Positions 58,743 through 64,000 of a stretch of DNA of 64,000 nt are shown here, in pieces (the stretch's first letter is position 1; each line of letters begins with the position of its first letter). The translations under genes and the position numbers were made by a program. Below the pieces are notes generated by a model that saw nothing but the letters and a program-made list of their open reading frames with translations, ran no database searches and was not told the DNA's origin. Origin of the DNA: Vicinamibacteria bacterium (GTDB taxonomy: Bacteria; Acidobacteriota; Vicinamibacteria; Vicinamibacterales; JAENWD01); the NCBI GenBank assembly GCA_963832135.1, contig CAWHTD010000005.1:41730-105729 (forward strand). Direction: 5' to 3'.

Positions 58743-59978
58743 ATGGTCCAAGCAAACGGCCACCTCGGCGAGCTCCGGCTGCTTCTGGAGGAACTCTGCT
58801 GCGACTTGTGCCGCTTCGAGCATGTGATCAGGGATGGGCTTGGCCCCGAGACCGTCCGCATCGATCGCGAATTCTGGCTCGGAGCACCTGGAGCGTTCGC
58901 CGACATCCGCGTCGCGCCAGCCGGTCAACTGCCGTATTTCGTGGAGGTGAAGTTCGGCTACACCGGCGAGATGTTGGTGCGCCACCTCGCTCGCAAGTAC
59001 CAATCACGAGCGGGCGGCGCGGCGGCATCGAAGGTTGTTCTGGTCATCGACCGAACGGGCCGTGCAAACTGGGAGCCGCTGGAACGGGAGCTGCGGGCGT
59101 GTCTGCACGTCGGGCTCGAGCTGGAGGTGTGGGACGAAGACCGGCTGCTCTCGCTGCTCGCGGAACGTTTCGGCGTCGTTATTCCGGGGATCACTCCGGA
59201 CGCCTTATTGGACGTGCGACAGGCCATTGATCGCGCGAAAGGCTTCCATGCGTTTGGCGCACGCTCCCTCGCCGAGTACGAGCACGACCCGCTCAAGGCC
59301 GAGTTGCTGTGGCATTTTGGGTTCTGGCGCCTCAAACATCTTCGCAGCGCCGGCCGACAGACGCCGCGCGACATCTTACCCCCCGCATCGTACCGAGGTG
59401 TTGCCGTCCTGCTCGCGGATCTGTGTTCGTTTTCCAGCTACGTCCGCGACACCGCCGACCACGACATCGTTCGCGAGAGCCTAACGTCGTTCTATTCGAA
59501 AGCGCGGTACCAGATCATCAACAGCGGGGGCATGCTCTATCAGTTCGCCGGCGACGAAGTGATTGGATTGTTCGGCATCCCCGATCAGCCCGATGGGTTC
59601 GCCGAAGCGATGCTCGACACGGCGTGCGCGCTCTGCAGAATAGGCGAATCCGTCTCTCAGCATTGGCAGCGGCGCATCGACCGCGCCCAGGATGCATCGG
59701 GCGTGCATGTCGGAGTCGCCCTCGGCGATCTCCAGATCGTCTCGTTGCGCCCGTTCAGCAGGATGCATATCGGTGCGATTGGCGATTGCATCAACGTGGC
59801 CGCGCGGCTTCTGGCGCTTGCTGGACCGAGCGAGGTGGTGCTGAGCAATGCATTCCACCAGGCGCTCGGGCACCAGAGCCAGAGTCGCTGCCATGAGATC
59901 GAGCCTGTTGAAGCCCGCAACGTGGGGCGCATCAGGTCCTGGAAGCTGCTCGCACCGACGCAGTCGGCGAGAGGGTGA
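58743..59978 (+). CDS. class III adenylate/guanylate cyclase with N-terminal PD-(D/E)xK nuclease-like domain
   Basis: C-terminal cyclase homology domain with both metal aspartates and the signature blocks (VAVLLADLCSFSSY, FAGDEVIGLFG, GVHVGVALGDL, IGDCINVAARL). The N-terminal roughly 110 aa show E ... FADIRV ... YFVEVKF, a D-Xn-E-x-K arrangement. GGAAGGGA RBS. Confidence 0.7.
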   Translation: MVQANGHLGELRLLLEELCCDLCRFEHVIRDGLGPETVRIDREFWLGAPGAFADIRVAPAGQLPYFVEVKFGYTGEMLVRHLARKYQSRAGGAAASKVVLVIDRTGRANWEPLERELRACLHVGLELEVWDEDRLLSLLAERFGVVIPGITPDALLDVRQAIDRAKGFHAFGARSLAEYEHDPLKAELLWHFGFWRLKHLRSAGRQTPRDILPPASYRGVAVLLADLCSFSSYVRDTADHDIVRESLTSFYSKARYQIINSGGMLYQFAGDEVIGLFGIPDQPDGFAEAMLDTACALCRIGESVSQHWQRRIDRAQDASGVHVGVALGDLQIVSLRPFSRMHIGAIGDCINVAARLLALAGPSEVVLSNAFHQALGHQSQSRCHEIEPVEARNVGRIRSWKLLAPTQSARG

Positions 59979-60108
59979 GCAGTCACGCCAACATCGGCAC
60001 TACTTCTCGTCAGCGGACTGGCCGGTTTGGCGGGCAGCGTCGCAAGGCGCCGGCGTCGCCAGGCGCTTTGACGATGATCCGGTTGGACTGAAACCTCGTG
60101 TCCCGAGA

Positions 60109-61161
60109 CTAGTGGCCTGTAACAGCTGAATCGGTAGTTATTCGATGCGCTGGATTGCTGTAGGTCCAGCGGATCGGTTTCGGGTCGTCGTTGTAGCGCG
60201 TGATGTATCGGCGAATCTTGCGCGCGAGATCGGGGAGCGACGTAAAGATCCCGCGCGCGAGCAGGTCGCGTTCGATCTTGGCGAACCAGAGTTCGACTTG
60301 ATTCAGCCAGGAGGAGTAGGTCGGCGTGAAGTGCAAATGCACGCGCGGATGCGCGTCGAGGAACGCGTCCACGCCTTTGGTTTTGTGCGCAGCGAGGTTG
60401 TCGACAATCACATGAATCTCACGCCGGCGCGGTTGCGACGCCACCAGGTCGCCCAAGAAGTCCACGAACGCGGCACTGGTGTGCCGTGGCACGGTCTGGC
60501 CGACGATCTCACCGGTGCTCGTATTGAGGGCCGCATACAGCGAGAGGGTGCCATGCCGGTAGTATTCAAACCCGTGACGTTCCGCACGGCCCGGCGACAG
60601 CGGCAATACCGGATCCAAGCGGTCCAGGGCTTGGATCGCCGTCTTTTCATCCGCGGCAAAGACCACGGCGTGCTGGGGCGGATTCAAGTAGAGGCCGATC
60701 ACATCTGCCGCCTTCTGCTCGAACTGCGGATCGTCCGACAGCATGTAGCGCTCCAATCGATGCGGCTGATAGCCGGCGCGGCGCCAGACGCGTGCGACCA
60801 GCATGTGACTGATACCCAGGACCTTGCCCAACTTGCGCGTACTCCAGTGCGTGCTGCCATCGGGCGGCTTCTGACGCGTCTGGGCCAAGACCCGTGCCTC
60901 CAGCGCTGGGGTCCGCACCGTCGCGGGCTGTCCGCGATACTTCGCGCGCAGGCCGGCCACGCCCTCGGTTTCGAACCGCTCTCGCCATCGGGTGATGTAC
61001 GCCGGATAGCAGCCCACGGCCTTACCGATCGTCGTGAACGACTCGCCGTCCGCCAGCATCAGGATGACCTGCGCGCGCCGCGCGTCTTCCGCCCGAATTC
61101 TCCGGCTACGCGTCCGCCGTTGCAATTCCGTCCGTTCATCGGCCGTCACAATCAGCGCCAT
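60109..61161 (-). CDS. IS630-family DDE transposase
   Basis: 350 aa. N-terminal HTH (ILMLADGESFTTIGKAVG), a second HTH (STRKLGKVLGISHMLVARVW), and a DDE core (VVFAADEKTAIQAL ... HVIVDNLAAHKT ... HFTPTYSSWLNQVELWF). Confidence 0.9.
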   Translation of the reverse strand: MALIVTADERTELQRRTRSRRIRAEDARRAQVILMLADGESFTTIGKAVGCYPAYITRWRERFETEGVAGLRAKYRGQPATVRTPALEARVLAQTRQKPPDGSTHWSTRKLGKVLGISHMLVARVWRRAGYQPHRLERYMLSDDPQFEQKAADVIGLYLNPPQHAVVFAADEKTAIQALDRLDPVLPLSPGRAERHGFEYYRHGTLSLYAALNTSTGEIVGQTVPRHTSAAFVDFLGDLVASQPRRREIHVIVDNLAAHKTKGVDAFLDAHPRVHLHFTPTYSSWLNQVELWFAKIERDLLARGIFTSLPDLARKIRRYITRYNDDPKPIRWTYSNPAHRITTDSAVTGH

Positions 61162-61206
61162 ATGGCGCTGCAGTATACCACTATCGATTCAGTGGTTACA
61201 GGCCAC
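60112..61206 (-). mobile_element. IS630-family insertion sequence (1095 bp) with about 29-bp terminal inverted repeats and TA target duplication inside a CTAG
   Basis: The left end (GTGGCCTGTAACAGCTGAATCGGTAG) matches the reverse complement of the right end (GTGGCCTGTAACCACTGAATCGATAG) with 3 mismatches. Flanks are C-TA on the left and TA-G on the right. Confidence 0.85.
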
Positions 61207-61637
61207 TAGCCGCTCATAATGTAGCGCTCGAGCGACCGGATCGTGAACTGCTGCTCGTCGACGACGGCACGGACGACATCGCCGATCGAGATGATCCCGG
61301 CGAGCTGCTCGTTCTCGACGACGGGCAGATGGCGTATGCGCTTCTCGGTCATGAGCGCCATGCATTGATCGGCGGTCCAACTCGGTTCCACGCAGATCAC
61401 GTTCGTCGTCATGATCTCGCTGACGGCCGTCGTTTTCGACGTCTTGCCGAGGAGGATCACCTTTCGAGCGTAATCACGCTCGGAAAAGATGCCCTCGACC
61501 TTCTGATCGGACAGCACGACGACGGCGCCGATGTTCTTCTCGGCCATCAGGCGGAGGGCCTCGTAGATCGTGGACTCGGGTTTCACCGCGTAGAGGCCGG
61601 TCTTGCCGGCGAGCATCTGCCGCACGGTTGTCATCAT
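61206..61637 (-). CDS. CBS-pair domain protein
   Basis: AAGGAG RBS and ATG ATG at 61637. Two CBS motifs (IYEALRLMAEKNIGAVVVL ... GIFSERD and QCMALMTEKRIRHLPVVENEQLAGIISIGD). Confidence 0.85.
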   Translation of the reverse strand: MMTTVRQMLAGKTGLYAVKPESTIYEALRLMAEKNIGAVVVLSDQKVEGIFSERDYARKVILLGKTSKTTAVSEIMTTNVICVEPSWTADQCMALMTEKRIRHLPVVENEQLAGIISIGDVVRAVVDEQQFTIRSLERYIMSG

Positions 61638-61810
61638 GATCGGGCTCCTTGAACACGATCGCACGGGCGAGGCCGCGCGTCCTTCGACTGCAACCCCGAA
61701 CACAAGCGCAATGGAATTTTAACGGATCGCTGAGCCCGGCGGCGCGCTGATTGGTTTAGCGCTCACAGCTCGAGCCAGCTCTCACAGCGAAAGATACTGA
61801 TGAGCTCGCG

Positions 61811-61984
61811 TGATGGGCGATGGAGCTCGCAGAGCGGACCAAACGCGGAGCACGCGGAGCCCGCGAAGTGGTCTTGGTACTTTGCGATCTTGGCGACCTC
61901 TGCGTTGAGATCGGTCCTGCGTGCTCGGCCTGCTCTGCGTGCTCGGCTCCCTGCGAAGTGCACCAGGTTCCTGCATCATCAAGT
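61811..61984 (+). repeat. dispersed structured repeat, copy D
   Basis: Same core blocks as the other copies (AACGCGGAGCACGCGGAGCCCGCGAAGTG, GTACTTTGCGATCT ... GAGATCGG, CTGCGTGCTCGGC twice, CATCATCAAGT). It abuts the stop codon of the permease gene. Confidence 0.7.
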
Positions 61985-63433
61985 CTAGCGAGCGTCGGAG
62001 GCGCGCTCCGTCTCTTCGGCCCTGCTCGTGGCCAAAGCGCGCGACCGCGACCAGTACCAGTAGAACGGCAATCCTGCCGCGATGAGCCCCAGGCCGGTAA
62101 ACGCCTGCACGGGACTCGTCATCAACGTGTTGGCGAGCAGGCATCCGACCACGACAAGGAACACGACTGGCGTGATCGGGTATCCCCACGCGCGATACGG
62201 CCGCTCCACGCCGGGCAACCGGCGCCGGAAGATGAAAAGGGCGCTGGTGATGAGCGCCGAGAAGAGCAGAATCGAGAACATCGCGTAGTCCGTCAGCGCA
62301 TCGAACGAACCCGAGAGCACGAGCACGCTCGACCAGGTGGACTGTGCGACGAGAGCTCGAATAGGCACGCGCGTGCGGGCCGAGACGACGCCGAGACTCG
62401 GGAAGAAGAGGCGGTCGGTGGCCATCGCGTAGGGCACACGCGCGCAGACGAGCGAGGCGACCTGCAGAGCGCTGAAGATCGACATCACCAGCGCGGCGGC
62501 CATCACTTTCACCGCCGCGGGCCCCAGAAAGCGCGCGAGCGTTTCCGTCGCGACCGAAGACGAGAGCGCCACGCTCGCGACCGCTTCCGGAGCGAGCACA
62601 AAGAAGTAGGCCGCGTTCACGAAGATGTAAAGGGCGCCGACGATGGCGATGCCGCCGATGAGTGCCAGCGGCAGATTGCGCTGAGGGTTGCGGACTTCGC
62701 CCGCGACGTACGTCATCTCGTTCCAGCCGTTGTACGCCCAGAGCGCGGCCATCATCGCCGCACCAAAGCCCGCCACGCCCCCGCGGGCCGCCGCCGAGAC
62801 GCCTTCACAGGTGCCGCCGGCGCCGGACGCGGCGAAGTGCGCCCAGTCGCCGGATCCGAACAGCAGCGCTGCGGCGCCGAGTCCGACAATCAGCAGCACC
62901 TTCAGCGTGGCGAGCACGGACGCGATCTGGCCGCCGACCGACACGGCGGCGCAATTGATGACCGTCACCACGGCGAGGGCGCCAATGGCCACCATCTGGA
63001 CACCAGTGATGCTGGCTTGCGCGCCGAAGAGATCCAGTGCGTAGACGCGGCCGGCCAGCGCGCCCCCCGCCAGCACGTTGAGGAAGATGCCGAGCCCGGC
63101 CGCCAGCGCCGCGGTGCCGCCGGTGCTCCCGATGAAGAATCGCATCCACCCGAACAGGAATGCCCAGACGCGACCGTATGCTTCACGGACGAAGACGTAC
63201 TCGCCGCCCGCGCGCGGCATCATCGCGGCCAGCTCCGCATAGGTGAGCGCGCCCGCCAGCGACAGCAGTCCCGCCACGACCCAGACGGCGATGACCATCG
63301 CCGGCGTCTCGACGTTGCACGTCATGACGCGGGCCTTGAGGAAGACCCCGGTCCCCACCACGTCGCCGATGACGATGGAGGTCGCGGCCATCAGGCCGAG
63401 GCCGCGGACCAGGGTGCGACCGTGATGAGACAT
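61985..63433 (-). CDS. APC-family amino acid permease
   Basis: 482 aa, about 12 TM segments. N-terminal APC signature region (LGLMAATSIVIGDVVGTGVFL ... AYAELAAMMPRAGGEYVF). Confidence 0.85.
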   Translation of the reverse strand: MSHHGRTLVRGLGLMAATSIVIGDVVGTGVFLKARVMTCNVETPAMVIAVWVVAGLLSLAGALTYAELAAMMPRAGGEYVFVREAYGRVWAFLFGWMRFFIGSTGGTAALAAGLGIFLNVLAGGALAGRVYALDLFGAQASITGVQMVAIGALAVVTVINCAAVSVGGQIASVLATLKVLLIVGLGAAALLFGSGDWAHFAASGAGGTCEGVSAAARGGVAGFGAAMMAALWAYNGWNEMTYVAGEVRNPQRNLPLALIGGIAIVGALYIFVNAAYFFVLAPEAVASVALSSSVATETLARFLGPAAVKVMAAALVMSIFSALQVASLVCARVPYAMATDRLFFPSLGVVSARTRVPIRALVAQSTWSSVLVLSGSFDALTDYAMFSILLFSALITSALFIFRRRLPGVERPYRAWGYPITPVVFLVVVGCLLANTLMTSPVQAFTGLGLIAAGLPFYWYWSRSRALATSRAEETERASDAR

Positions 63434-63486
63434 GTGGTGGCGGTTGTGGCTCGTCAGGATCCGCAGCGCGCATCATAGCGGTATCC

Positions 63487-63894
63487 TTGACTGATGGAAC
63501 CTCTGTTCTACGCGGCGGCACGAGGTCGATGACCACTATCGGACCCCACGTTGTCATCTCCGGCGAGGTGTTCTGCGACGGCGACCTCACGATCGAAGGG
63601 TCGGTCGAGGGCCGGGTCACCGTGCGCGAGGGCACGCTCACCATCGAGGCGTCTGCGTATGTCGAGGCTGACGTGAAGGCAATACGCGTGTACGTTCACG
63701 GAACGGTCCGCGGCGCGATCACCGCGACCGAGCGCATCGACCTCCGGCCCTCGTCGTCGGTGGAGGGCAGCTTGAGCGCCGACCAGATCGCCATCGAAGA
63801 GGGGGCACACGTGAGCGGAAGCATCGACATGGGCCGCCGCACAATCGCCGCGAAGGTTGCGGAATACCGTGCCGGCCGGGGCGCTGACGCATAG
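63487..63894 (+). CDS. bactofilin-family cytoskeletal protein
   Basis: Beta-helix repeats typical of bactofilin/DUF583 (VISGEVFCDGDLTIEGSVEGRVTV ... VHGTVRGAITATERIDLRPSSSVEGSLSADQIAIEEGAHVSGSI). The start may instead be the internal ATG near 63529. Confidence 0.8.
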   Translation: MTDGTSVLRGGTRSMTTIGPHVVISGEVFCDGDLTIEGSVEGRVTVREGTLTIEASAYVEADVKAIRVYVHGTVRGAITATERIDLRPSSSVEGSLSADQIAIEEGAHVSGSIDMGRRTIAAKVAEYRAGRGADA

Positions 63895-64000
63895 GAACTT
63901 GCCGCGAGGAGCGCGATGCTGTTCCCTACGCTGTCGCAGAAGCCGCATCGTGGCGCCCACGGGCGCCCCAGAGACGAAGCCGATCCAGATACAGGTAGAC

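Noticed and set aside
63686-63701. A 14/16 match to the operator palindrome (GCGTGTACGTTCACGG).
   Set aside because: It lies inside the bactofilin coding sequence (codons for RVYVHG), has two mismatches including one in the core, and has no promoter context. It is probably a chance match.
1-64000. Scan for CRISPR arrays, rRNA, tRNA, integrons and prophage blocks.
   Set aside because: No regularly spaced direct repeats, no rRNA-like or cloverleaf-like sequences in the intergenic regions, and no integrase or phage structural genes were seen. The only mobile element is the IS630 copy.

Overview
This is a visibly GC-rich chromosomal segment. Its gene content points to a soil Acidobacteriota-like bacterium, which is inference only: TonB-dependent receptors with an N-terminal carboxypeptidase-regulatory-like domain and no SusD partner, several ASPIC/UnbV (CRTAC1-like) FG-GAP proteins paired with TPR proteins, and Tat-type signal peptides. 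The core of the window, about 9.7-53.4 kb, is a plant-glycan (arabinoside) utilisation region. It holds two GH51 arabinofuranosidases, one GH127, one GH39, two TonB-dependent receptors, three MFS transporters, a giant ThuA-dehydrogenase-HEAT-cupredoxin protein with a Gfo/Idh/MocA oxidoreductase and a TIM-barrel isomerase, and one LacI-family regulator. A 16-bp palindrome, CCGTGAACGTTCACGG, occurs four times at control positions in this region (three exact copies, one 15/16) and looks like the LacI operator of a local regulon. Other notable content: four same-orientation copies of a roughly 170-230 bp structured repeat, each just 3' of a minus-strand gene; an IS630-family element inserted into a CTAG that is also a stop codon; a fusion of a PD-(D/E)xK-like domain to a class III nucleotide cyclase; a secreted DUF1259 x2 plus LMW-phosphatase fusion next to ChrB; and a sigma54 activator. 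Frame disruptions are strikingly numerous and patchily distributed: about twenty genes are intact and about a dozen are broken, some many times. I cannot tell uncorrected indel errors from recent pseudogenisation using sequence alone. No rRNA, tRNA or CRISPR array was recognised. All family calls rest on motifs read by eye from the ORF translations. No database search was run.
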